A stretch of DNA of 32,000 nt from Bacillota bacterium. Its GTDB lineage: Bacteria > Bacillota > Clostridia > Acetivibrionales > JANLFN01. This document shows positions 1 to 8,290 of this stretch, in pieces. Location: positions 17,719 to 49,718 of the forward strand of contig JAEZTC010000009.1 of assembly GCA_023421675.1 (NCBI GenBank). Reading direction: 5' to 3'. Within the stretch, counting starts at the first letter, position 1. Every line of letters begins with the position of its first letter. The notes under the pieces are model-generated. The model saw only the letters and a program-made list of their open reading frames with translations, had not been told where the DNA came from and searched no databases. The translations under genes and the position numbers were made by a program.

Positions 1-840
1 AATCTCCCTAAAAGCAGGGATATTGTTCAATACCATTGGACATTCAGCCTTCATCGCCTCAAGAACAGTCATGCCAAAGGATTCATTATATGATGTTGAA
101 AGATAGCATCCATTATCAGCTGCCTCTTTATAATATGCAAGCATATCTGAATATGGGCAGTCTGAAATTATATCTATTTTATTCATAAGCTTTTTTGATT
201 GAGCATCTTTAATGAAATATTTATAATCACTGCTTACCTTAATATTGCTGATAATTCTGAAAAGGTATGTATTATCCATTCTTTCAATTATTTTTAAAAG
301 AAGTCTCCAGTTCTTGTTATTCTCTATCCTACCAATCCAAAGTACAATTTTCCGGCTTCCATCCGATTTGTCAGGTGGATTTACATGCAAAAAGTCCTTT
401 CCTATACAGTTGTAGACAGTAAAAAAAGGTATCGAAACAGGTGATTTAAATAACAAACTCCTAGCAGTATTCAGTTCATATTTGGAAGGAAAAATCACTG
501 CTCTAACAATTTTATTGTCCAATTCAGGCAAATGAGAGCAGCACCCATGAATATGGCACTCGCATATCAAAGGTTTATTCGTACAATAAAGCCTTTGGGC
601 AGTACTCAGAAGCGGCGACAGGCTGACAATAACATCACTGTCATATGTATATCTTATTATATCCGAATTATTTTCTGCTATATAATACTTGTGATTTTGG
701 AACGTTTTATCCTCATCAGCATGGCTCAAAAACAATATGCGGCAATCAACGCCCATATCTTCCAGGTGGTCCATACGGTTTTTTATTGCAGATTCCGTCC
801 CACCTAGGTTACAGGCGTCAAAAACAAAAGTTATAACCAT
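1..840 (-). CDS. GT4-family (GT-B) glycosyltransferase, N-terminal 280 codons; the 3' end lies beyond the window start
   Basis: Manual minus-strand translation from the ATG at 838-840 stays open to position 1 (MVITFVFDACNLGGTESAIKNRMDHLEDMG...STSYNESFGMTVLEAMKAECPMVLNNIPAFREI). ESFGxxxLEAM is the E-x7-E signature of GT4 enzymes. The start overlaps the upstream stop (TAATG). It is absent from the ORF track because it runs off the edge. Confidence 0.8.
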   Translation of the reverse strand, partial: MVITFVFDACNLGGTESAIKNRMDHLEDMGVDCRILFLSHADEDKTFQNHKYYIAENNSDIIRYTYDSDVIVSLSPLLSTAQRLYCTNKPLICECHIHGCCSHLPELDNKIVRAVIFPSKYELNTARSLLFKSPVSIPFFTVYNCIGKDFLHVNPPDKSDGSRKIVLWIGRIENNKNWRLLLKIIERMDNTYLFRIISNIKVSSDYKYFIKDAQSKKLMNKIDIISDCPYSDMLAYYKEAADNGCYLSTSYNESFGMTVLEAMKAECPMVLNNIPAFREI

Positions 841-1817
841 TATTTCTGCTTCCACCAATCCTCGTTATCCATATACCATTTAATTGTTTCTTTCAAACCA
901 TCCTCCAACCTGTATTTATCTGCCCAATTTAAACCGAATCTAGCTTTACAGCTGTTTAAAATGGATTTTTTAGATACTTTTGCACTCTTGTCTGAGACGG
1001 TAATCTTTGTTTTATCGCCTAAAAGTCTAAGTACCTCCCCAGCTATTTCTCCGTCTGACACCTTATACTCTGCTGCTATATTATATGCTTCTCCAGGCTT
1101 GCCAAAGAACATTGCACGTATTAAAGCAATACAATGATCAATTACGTATATTAACTCTCTTGAATTTCCGTCTTCATTTTTAAGGATTAAAGGTTTATCG
1201 CTAAGAGCATTGCAGATACAGGAAGGCACAAAGCTGTCAATCCCTTGATACGGTCCGTAGTTTTCACAACTGCGAGTAATCAACACAGGCATTCCATATG
1301 AACGATAAAAGGACATTGCCATCATTTCAGCTCCAGCTTTGGATGCAGCAAAAGGGTTATAGGGGTAAAGTCCCGCTTCCTCCATCAAATCCTCTGTTCC
1401 CTTGCTTATTCCATATACACCACTGTCTGAAACCTGCATAAAACGATTGCCCCTATAGCCCGTCCTGCTCCATATGCTTCTTGCACCTTCAAGAAGGGTA
1501 ATTGTCCCAAGAATGTTTGTTTCACCGTATTTTACAGCTTCATTCATCCCCTTGACAGAACACTCACTCGCAAAATTAATAACGAATTGCGGCTTATATT
1601 TTCTGAAAACATAATCCACAAGCTCGTAATTACATATGTCACCTTTTATAAAGTGGTACCTTGGAGATTGTTCGATGTCAGCAAGATTATTTATATTAGA
1701 CCTGTGGGATAACTTATCAAAGTTTACTATAATGAAATCCTTGTTTCTCCTTAAAAAATATCTTATAAAATTGCTTCCTACAAATCCGGCCCCCCCTGTT
1801 ACCAGCATAACCTTCAT
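840..1817 (-). CDS. dTDP-glucose 4,6-dehydratase (RmlB)-like extended SDR with substituted catalytic residues
   Basis: MKVMLVTGGAGFVGSNF carries a Rossmann GxxGxxG motif. ITRSCENYGPYQ and YVIDHC match RmlB-type blocks. The usual STDEVYG reads VSDSGVYG and PYSASK reads PFAASK. The ATG at 1817 lies 11 nt after AAGGAAGG. The track's GTG at 1826 is too close to the RBS. Confidence 0.75.
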   Translation of the reverse strand: MKVMLVTGGAGFVGSNFIRYFLRRNKDFIIVNFDKLSHRSNINNLADIEQSPRYHFIKGDICNYELVDYVFRKYKPQFVINFASECSVKGMNEAVKYGETNILGTITLLEGARSIWSRTGYRGNRFMQVSDSGVYGISKGTEDLMEEAGLYPYNPFAASKAGAEMMAMSFYRSYGMPVLITRSCENYGPYQGIDSFVPSCICNALSDKPLILKNEDGNSRELIYVIDHCIALIRAMFFGKPGEAYNIAAEYKVSDGEIAGEVLRLLGDKTKITVSDKSAKVSKKSILNSCKARFGLNWADKYRLEDGLKETIKWYMDNEDWWKQK

Positions 1818-1945
1818 GAGAAGCACCGCCTTCCTTTATATGAATGGATTTGCTTTAGTTAATAATAATCTCTGACTTATGTATACTATTATTATATTAG
1901 TCCACTGATTAAAACGTGAAACAAAGACATATTAAGCATATATAA

Positions 1946-2797
1946 TTATTTAAAGAATTCCGGCAAATCCCTTTTTGCCATAAGAGCCGTATAGGTACAG
2001 TAATCATTTACCTTATGTCTGTTTAAGAAACGAATATCAACATTGTCATATCCCCCAACCAAAAAGCAGAACTTGGAAAACTTTTCACCTGTGTGCCAAC
2101 AGTGTATATGTGGGTGATAGAATACTGAATCACTGCTGTGACTTTCAAAATCAAGTGTTTGCGGCTCAACCTTTGGGTTATTTATAAGATGGTTTACTGC
2201 TATTTCAGATGCATACAACAGACTTACCCCCACTGTCCACCCGGGCCATCTCCCTTTATCATACTTGAATTCTTCACCAACCAGATATTTTGTAATGGGT
2301 ACAACCAATCTGCATACTTCTCTGACAATACTTGCCGGACCGTAATGAGTTGAGCCTATATTGTGTGCACCCTTGTGTTTTAATCCAAAGGTGTTTGCAA
2401 CACGTATTAGGTTATTTTTTGTATTATCATCATGAACATATTTTCCTCCTCCGGTCACATAGCCCAAAGGATAGAAGTGGTTCCACGCAGGAGTAAGAAA
2501 GGTATCGGCATCAGACCTTAAAAGGCAATCATATTGCCCAAGAAAATCAGCCTGTGGAGAAGTAAGACAGCTCATAGAATCTATAAAGTAATAGTCATTC
2601 CACTCCGGTTCCTTGCTTATAGGCTTATATAATACCTTGATGCAATCATCAGGAACCCTGTCAAGCGCATCCTGCATTCCAAAAACTACAAGATCGGTAT
2701 CCCGGGAGTTTAAATGCTTCCACGCATAGTAGAAGCACCCCATCTGATACATCATTTGTTTATTGTTATCCAGATAAATAACAATTGCTCGTTTCAT
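1946..2797 (-). CDS. Hypothetical protein; possible GT-A-like nucleotide-sugar transferase (DAD motif)
   Basis: This is a 283-aa ORF with no TM segment or signal peptide. An N-terminal beta-strand-like IVIYLDNN and LLRSDADTF (DxD-like) are the only functional hints. It sits between sugar-nucleotide genes on the same strand. Confidence 0.6.
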   Translation of the reverse strand: MKRAIVIYLDNNKQMMYQMGCFYYAWKHLNSRDTDLVVFGMQDALDRVPDDCIKVLYKPISKEPEWNDYYFIDSMSCLTSPQADFLGQYDCLLRSDADTFLTPAWNHFYPLGYVTGGGKYVHDDNTKNNLIRVANTFGLKHKGAHNIGSTHYGPASIVREVCRLVVPITKYLVGEEFKYDKGRWPGWTVGVSLLYASEIAVNHLINNPKVEPQTLDFESHSSDSVFYHPHIHCWHTGEKFSKFCFLVGGYDNVDIRFLNRHKVNDYCTYTALMAKRDLPEFFK

Positions 2798-2824
2798 GAT
2801 TAAGGTTCTCGTTTCATAATGAAA

Positions 2825-4096
2825 TCAAAGTAAAGTTACATCAAACGGTTTATTTTTCAGGGTATTTGTCAGGTCAAAGATGCAAGCATTTTCAGGATAG
2901 CTGAGTCTGATATAAAAACTGTGTGCAACACAGAGAATTATACAATCATACTCTTGCGCAATATTTTCTGTACTGATGCTTTCAAGATGAACCTTTGCAG
3001 TTTTGAGTTTTTTTATGAAGGGGTCATGATAGTATACCTTTGCCCCTTTTGAAACCAATCTATCAATTATGTCAAAGGCGGGCGATTCACGTATGTCATT
3101 TACATCCTTCTTATAAGTAATCCCAAGAATAAGAAGACTGCTCCCTTTTATTGTTTTATTTTTATCGGAAAGGAGAGCTTCAAGTCTTGAAACAATATAT
3201 GCAGGCATTCCATCATTAATTTTTCTTGAACATTCTGCAAGCGTTGCATTGAGTCCCTGGAGCTTTGCAAAATAAGTAAACAAAGTACTGTCTTTCGGAA
3301 TACAATGTCCTCCAACACCAGGGCCGGGCTGAAACCTGCTGAACCCAAAAGGCTTTGAAGCGGCAGCATCTATAACATCCCATATGTTTATATCATAAGC
3401 ATGGCAAATCTGGGCCATCTGATTTACCAGTGCAATGTTGACGTCTCTGTAGGTATTTTCCAGTACCTTTGCCATTTCTGCCACCTCAAGTGTCGACACT
3501 TCAAAAACATTAACACCAAGCTGCTTGTAAAAAGCAGCTGCCTTTTGCCTGCACACTTCTGAAGAACCCGAAACAAGCTTTGGAATTTTTCCAATATTAG
3601 AATTTTCATTACCGGGGTCTATTCTTTCGGGTGAAAAGGAGTAATAGAAATCTACGCCTGCTTTAAGTCCCCCACTTTCAAGGATGGGAATTATTTTTTC
3701 CCTTGAGGTGGTAGGAACTATTGTACTTTCAACAATAACCAACTGATCCTTTCTAAGAAATTCTGCTATGTTCCTCAAGGCATCAAATAGGTAAGTATAA
3801 TTAGGTGTTTTATTATTCTTTAGTGGTGTAGGTACACAGACCACTAATACATCGCACTCTTTCATTTTATTAGCTTGCGAAGTGACATAAAATCTGCCGG
3901 TGTCCTGTGCTGTGTATATGTCAAGATCACTTACATCAGTTATATATGATTTACCAGTATCTAAAAGCTCAAGCTTTTTAGTATCATTATCAAAGCCCGT
4001 AACCGTAAAGCCTTTTTTTATACAGTGCAGTGCCAATGGCAGTCCAACATATCCGAGACCAATAATTCCTGCTTTTACATAAGTATTCTCCGTCAT
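2825..4096 (-). CDS. Nucleotide-sugar 6-dehydrogenase (UDP-glucose/GDP-mannose dehydrogenase family; UDP-HexNAc-dehydrogenase-like)
   Basis: It has an N-terminal GIIGLGYVGLPLA NAD fold and the catalytic-Cys block GPGVGGHCIPKD. Its 423-aa length is typical of the WbpA/WecC/TviB group. RBS is GGAG 8 nt upstream. Confidence 0.88.
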   Translation of the reverse strand: MTENTYVKAGIIGLGYVGLPLALHCIKKGFTVTGFDNDTKKLELLDTGKSYITDVSDLDIYTAQDTGRFYVTSQANKMKECDVLVVCVPTPLKNNKTPNYTYLFDALRNIAEFLRKDQLVIVESTIVPTTSREKIIPILESGGLKAGVDFYYSFSPERIDPGNENSNIGKIPKLVSGSSEVCRQKAAAFYKQLGVNVFEVSTLEVAEMAKVLENTYRDVNIALVNQMAQICHAYDINIWDVIDAAASKPFGFSRFQPGPGVGGHCIPKDSTLFTYFAKLQGLNATLAECSRKINDGMPAYIVSRLEALLSDKNKTIKGSSLLILGITYKKDVNDIRESPAFDIIDRLVSKGAKVYYHDPFIKKLKTAKVHLESISTENIAQEYDCIILCVAHSFYIRLSYPENACIFDLTNTLKNKPFDVTLL

Positions 4097-4127
4097 TTCA
4101 TAATCTCCACAAATGCATTATCTATTA

Positions 4128-4156
4128 ACATAATATACAGAATATTCTTTTTATGT
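4128..4156 (-). promoter_or_regulatory. Mother-cell sigma (sigK/sigE)-like promoter candidate upstream of the dehydrogenase operon
   Basis: The minus strand reads AC (4156-4155), N17, TATATTATGT (4137-4128). It shares ATATTATGT with the two plus-strand sites below. It lies about 30 nt upstream of the start at 4096. Confidence 0.4.
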
Positions 4157-4189
4157 TAATGGATTATTTCTTTTGTTTACGATAATCAC

Positions 4190-4218
4190 ACAATATCCTT
4201 TTTAGTAACATATTATGT
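4190..4218 (+). promoter_or_regulatory. Mother-cell sigma (sigK/sigE)-like promoter candidate upstream of GT-B paralogue 1
   Basis: AC (4190-4191), N17, CATATTATGT (4209-4218). It lies about 50 nt upstream of the ATG at 4270 and is divergent from the 4128-4156 site. Confidence 0.45.
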
Positions 4219-4269
4219 ATTGCTAAACCTTAATGCTCTGCTAGTACATAATAAAAGGAGGTTAAGGCT

Positions 4270-5244
4270 ATGTTATATATTTTGGGTTATTATGAAAGCG
4301 GTAGTTATACTGCGAGTTTCAACAAAGCTGTCCTTAGTGAGCTGGATACAAGGAATATAGATTATGTAAAATTGCCACCTTATAATTGGGAGCATCCGAA
4401 TGAATGTTTTGAATTTTGTACAAGTATCGATAGTTCAGAAGATGATACCTGGTTTATGGGATGGGCACAAACTCCGGTTATTGAAGCAATAAAGGACAAA
4501 AAAGGCAAAAAGTACGGTTTTGTTGTAGGCACAACTGCAAACCCCTTTGAACCGGCAAATATTTTGAAGGTTGATATAAAAGAGCGCTATAGACTTGGTT
4601 TATATGACAAGGTATTTACAATTTCAAAATGGTGCAGAAATACAATGATAAATGCTTATCCGGAAATGAAAGATAAATTAGTTGCGGTTGGGTTTCCAAT
4701 GGATTTTAAAGAATTGGACAAATATAAAAATTCTCCGAAACAACCCAATCTGGTTGTCTTTAATCAGAGATTTTCTGTTGAAAAGCTTCCCATGATAGAA
4801 ATTGAGGTGTCAAGAAGGTTGATTGCAATGGGATATGAGGTCAGACATCTTGCAGAACAAACCATGCAGGAACTTTCAGCTCAATGTAAAACAACAGCGG
4901 CACTTCTTAACCTGATGACAAATATAGGCATTAAATTCATACACAATCCAACAAAAGAAGCTTATTATGAACAGCTTTCAAAAGCATCCGTAGCGATAAC
5001 TACATCCATTTCAGATACTTTATCTATTGCTACCGTTGAAGCAATTTATCTTGGCGTTATCCCAGTTGCTCCCAGGGCATTCGGATTTCCAGAATATATA
5101 AACCCTAATAATCTGTATTCTCCATACGACCTTGAACAAATCATAAATATGGTCTTGTCAAAGCCAATCACTGAACATTATATTTTAAAATATTCAAAAA
5201 ATCTTATTATTGACAAGTTTCTAAAAGAGATGGACATTATATAA
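4270..5244 (+). CDS. Divergent GT-B (GT4-like) glycosyltransferase, paralogue 1 of 3
   Basis: RBS is AAAGGAGG. NLVVFNQRFSVEK resembles the GT4 vGRlxxeKg block. TTSISDTLSIATVEAIYLGVIPVAP resembles the E-x7-E region, with the first Glu lost. By eye roughly half of its positions are identical to the 7286-8266 product. Confidence 0.7.
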   Translation: MLYILGYYESGSYTASFNKAVLSELDTRNIDYVKLPPYNWEHPNECFEFCTSIDSSEDDTWFMGWAQTPVIEAIKDKKGKKYGFVVGTTANPFEPANILKVDIKERYRLGLYDKVFTISKWCRNTMINAYPEMKDKLVAVGFPMDFKELDKYKNSPKQPNLVVFNQRFSVEKLPMIEIEVSRRLIAMGYEVRHLAEQTMQELSAQCKTTAALLNLMTNIGIKFIHNPTKEAYYEQLSKASVAITTSISDTLSIATVEAIYLGVIPVAPRAFGFPEYINPNNLYSPYDLEQIINMVLSKPITEHYILKYSKNLIIDKFLKEMDII

Positions 5245-5269
5245 ACCGTTTATTCATGGTTTAACATTC

Positions 5270-5298
5270 ACATGGCAATTAAAAGAAACATATTATGT
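5270..5298 (+). promoter_or_regulatory. Mother-cell sigma (sigK/sigE)-like promoter candidate upstream of the epimerase-paralogue 2-paralogue 3 operon
   Basis: AC (5270-5271), N17, CATATTATGT (5289-5298). It lies about 47 nt upstream of the ATG at 5346. The 13-nt core AACATATTATGTA is identical to the 4207-4219 site. Confidence 0.45.
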
Positions 5299-5345
5299 AA
5301 TACAAATTTTTTAATACTGTAATATGAATAAGGAGTTTTAATACT

Positions 5346-6299
5346 ATGAGATTTCTTATTACCGGAGGTAATGGTTTTATAGGCTCTCATCTGACATTGA
5401 GGCTGCTGTCTCTAAATCATGAGGTTACCGTGCTTGATAACTTTTCCACCAGTCCCAAAGGCAGGCTGGACAATACAGGGGCAACTGTGGTAGAAGGAAG
5501 CGTCACTGATGAAAGTCTTGTAGATAAACTTGTTTATGACAGCGACTATGTCATTCACCTTGCCGCTGTAGTCGGTGTAAGGCTTGCAATGTCAAAAGGC
5601 ATTGAAGGGCTTAGAATCAGCTGTATTGGAACAGACAATCTGCTCAAATCAGTAACAAAATATAATAAAAAACTAATTGCAGCCTCATCATCCTCAATAT
5701 ATGGTAAACACATAAAGATACCTGTTAGTGAAGAAAATGACAGTCTTATAGGGTGCAGCAATAAATCCTGTTGGCTTTATTCCATAGCAAAACTGGCTGA
5801 AGAGCATTTCTGTCTTGCATATCACAGGGAAAAAGGAACCAATGTAAGGATTTGCAGACTTTTTAATGTAATAGGTCCGAATCAGACAAAACACTATGGC
5901 ATGGTTATTCCCAACTTTGTATCAAACGCATTAAACAACAGCCCTCTGCAGGTATATGGAACGGGAATGCAAACACGCACGTTCGGGTATATAGAGGATA
6001 TAATTGACGGCATTCTGCTTTTAATCGAAAAAGGTAGAGAAGGAGGAGTATATAATATAGGCGGTACCGAAGAAATCAGAATTTGGGATCTTGCAAATAA
6101 AATAATTCAATTGACAAACTCTTCATCAGATATAGAAATTGTACCTTTTGAAAAAATATTCGGCCCGGATTATGAAGAAACAACTCAACGTATGCCTGAC
6201 ATATCAAAAATTAAAAAAATAGGATATTTACCGAAATACAGTCTCGATGATTCAATCCTTAAGGTAGTTGAACAAATAAGACTAAGAGGTGAAATTTAG
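5346..6299 (+). CDS. NAD-dependent nucleotide-sugar epimerase/dehydratase (extended SDR)
   Basis: MRFLITGGNGFIGSHL carries GxxGxxG. The Ser block is ASSSSIYG and the YxxxK motif is YSIAKLAEE. RBS is AAGGAG. Confidence 0.88.
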   Translation: MRFLITGGNGFIGSHLTLRLLSLNHEVTVLDNFSTSPKGRLDNTGATVVEGSVTDESLVDKLVYDSDYVIHLAAVVGVRLAMSKGIEGLRISCIGTDNLLKSVTKYNKKLIAASSSSIYGKHIKIPVSEENDSLIGCSNKSCWLYSIAKLAEEHFCLAYHREKGTNVRICRLFNVIGPNQTKHYGMVIPNFVSNALNNSPLQVYGTGMQTRTFGYIEDIIDGILLLIEKGREGGVYNIGGTEEIRIWDLANKIIQLTNSSSDIEIVPFEKIFGPDYEETTQRMPDISKIKKIGYLPKYSLDDSILKVVEQIRLRGEI

Positions 6300-6305
6300 G
6301 TCAAA

Positions 6306-7286
6306 ATGTTATATCTTGTAACCCAGCCTGATAATGAATTCAGCTATCAAAAAATGCAAAACAATTCATTAAGACAGTACCTCAAATATTATAAAATCTC
6401 TTTCAGGGAAATATGTCTTGAAAGCACTGACTGCATAACTAATGATACTAAGAATAAAATCGCCCTATCCTATTCAACCCCCAAGGATACCTGGTTTATA
6501 ACTTATGCTCAGTATCCTGTAATTGATTTAATATCAACAAAACCAGGCCGGAAATTTGCTCATATACATGGAATCGAGGCATTCCTGTATAATCCGGCAG
6601 TTCCACTTAAATATCCCCAATATCAAGATACAAAACTGAGGATGTATGATGGGATTTTTGTAAACTCAGTGTGGTCACATTCTTTGATCACCCAAAGTTA
6701 TCCAGATATTGCTCATAAGACCTATATAAGCGGATTCCCAATTAATCCACGTTACTTTGACCCATACCGGAATATAACAAAAATAGAGAACCTGGTTATC
6801 TTCAATCAAAGGTTCTCTTATAAAAAATTAAACATACTGGAGGCTTATTTAACCGACAAACTTATAGGTGCCGGCTATAGGGTCATGCACCTATGCTCCA
6901 GGTGTTCCTACCAGGAATTACAAAATAATATAGAATTACGGAATATGATGAATGAATATATAAAGAGAGGCCTTGAACTGACAGTATCGTCAACAGAAAA
7001 AGATTATTATGAAAAGCTGGCCCACGGTTCAATACTAATTACCACTGCCATATGGGATACACTTTCCATTGAAACTTTGGAGGCAATTGAGCTTGGACTT
7101 ATACCAATTGCACCTGATACCGGGCCCTTCAAAGAATACCTTCACCCTGACAATCTTTACAGACCTTATAATGTTGATGATATTTTAAGTAAAGTTTATG
7201 CTCGTCCCGTAAGGCCTTCGAACATTAACAAGTATTATGTTAATAATGTTATTAAAATTTATTTTGAAAAAATGGGGCTGAAATAG
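6306..7286 (+). CDS. Divergent GT-B (GT4-like) glycosyltransferase, paralogue 2 of 3 (most diverged)
   Basis: It has the same architecture and anchor motifs as paralogues 1 and 3 (DTWFITYAQYPVID, NLVIFNQRFSYKKL, TTAIWDTLSIETLEAIELGLIPIAP, DNLYRPY). It starts 7 nt after the epimerase stop. Confidence 0.7.
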   Translation: MLYLVTQPDNEFSYQKMQNNSLRQYLKYYKISFREICLESTDCITNDTKNKIALSYSTPKDTWFITYAQYPVIDLISTKPGRKFAHIHGIEAFLYNPAVPLKYPQYQDTKLRMYDGIFVNSVWSHSLITQSYPDIAHKTYISGFPINPRYFDPYRNITKIENLVIFNQRFSYKKLNILEAYLTDKLIGAGYRVMHLCSRCSYQELQNNIELRNMMNEYIKRGLELTVSSTEKDYYEKLAHGSILITTAIWDTLSIETLEAIELGLIPIAPDTGPFKEYLHPDNLYRPYNVDDILSKVYARPVRPSNINKYYVNNVIKIYFEKMGLK

Positions 7287-8266
7287 TGCTGTATTTTATA
7301 GGATATAACAATAATGAGGGTAGCTGGACAGGAAATTTTAATAATGCTTTACGAGGTGAATTCACCAAAAGAAATATTGCCTATACTGAACTACCTCCTT
7401 TTGATTGGGATACCCAATATTCTAAGTTGGACTATTACACAAATATAGAGAGTTCTAATGATGACATATGGTTTATAGGGTGGGCTCAGAGCCCGGTTAT
7501 TGAGCTTCTGCAGAATAAAAAAGGGAGGAAATACGGAATTGTAGTAGGTACAGTTGCCAATCCTTTTGAACCTACTGTTCTGTGGGGAGGCTCTGAAAAT
7601 ATAAATGAAAGGTTCAGACTTGGGATATACGATAAAATATTTGCAGTTTCCGATTGGTGCAAAGAACTCTTGACTTCAGCCTATCCAGAAATTCAATACA
7701 AGGTCGTTTCAACAGGCTTCCCCATAGATTATCAAATATATGATAATTACAGGTATATTGGAAAGCAGCCCAATCTGATTGTATTCAACCAGCGTTTTTC
7801 AGTAGAAAAGCTGAACACACTAGAAGTAGAGCTGTCCAGAAGATTGATTTCAATGGGCTATGTAGTTAAACATTTTTCAGGACACCCTTTAGAAAGTATT
7901 TCCCTCTTTAACATAAATGCAACAGCTTTAATGGATATTATGAGAAATATAGGTGTTGAATTTGTATATAACCCTACAAAAGAAATTTATCATCAGAATC
8001 TTGCAAAAGCATCATTTGTGGTTACAACCTCAATTTCAGATATGCTGCCCAATTCAATGCTTGAAGCAATATATATGGGTGCCATACCCGTTGCGCCAAG
8101 AAACTTGAGCTTCCCTGAGTTTATTCACCCCGATAACCTCTATACCCCTTACGACATTCAGGAAATGATTGATATAATAATAAAAAGGCCTATCAGGGAG
8201 CATGGAATTATGAAATATTCAAAAGAGCTTATAATCGAAAGATTTCTAAGAGAAATGAACGTATAA
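7286..8266 (+). CDS. Divergent GT-B (GT4-like) glycosyltransferase, paralogue 3 of 3
   Basis: The GTG start overlaps the preceding TAG (TAGTG). Motifs: DIWFIGWAQSPVIE, NLIVFNQRFSVEKL, TTSISDMLPNSMLEAIYMGAIPVAP, DNLYTPYD. Confidence 0.7.
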   Translation: MLYFIGYNNNEGSWTGNFNNALRGEFTKRNIAYTELPPFDWDTQYSKLDYYTNIESSNDDIWFIGWAQSPVIELLQNKKGRKYGIVVGTVANPFEPTVLWGGSENINERFRLGIYDKIFAVSDWCKELLTSAYPEIQYKVVSTGFPIDYQIYDNYRYIGKQPNLIVFNQRFSVEKLNTLEVELSRRLISMGYVVKHFSGHPLESISLFNINATALMDIMRNIGVEFVYNPTKEIYHQNLAKASFVVTTSISDMLPNSMLEAIYMGAIPVAPRNLSFPEFIHPDNLYTPYDIQEMIDIIIKRPIREHGIMKYSKELIIERFLREMNV

Positions 8267-8267
8267 A

Positions 8268-8290
8268 AGGAAGGGCAGCTTACCCTTCCT
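8268..8290. terminator. Bidirectional hairpin between convergent genes (GT-B paralogue 3 and the propeller protein)
   Basis: Perfect 8-bp GC-rich stem AGGAAGGG/CCCTTCCT with a 7-nt loop. The minus-strand side is followed by TTTTATAC. Confidence 0.6.

Noticed and set aside
532-836. Plus-strand ORFs 532-807 and 645-836 from the track
   Set aside because: They lie antisense to a minus-strand frame that is open across 1-840 and encodes a clear GT4 signature. They have no RBS and their composition is typical of antisense translation.
2812-2824. Perfect 13-nt palindrome TTTCATAATGAAA between the dehydrogenase stop and the next gene
   Set aside because: It has no loop, so it cannot form a hairpin. 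It overlaps the duplicated start region already reported. A chance palindrome is plausible in AT-rich DNA.
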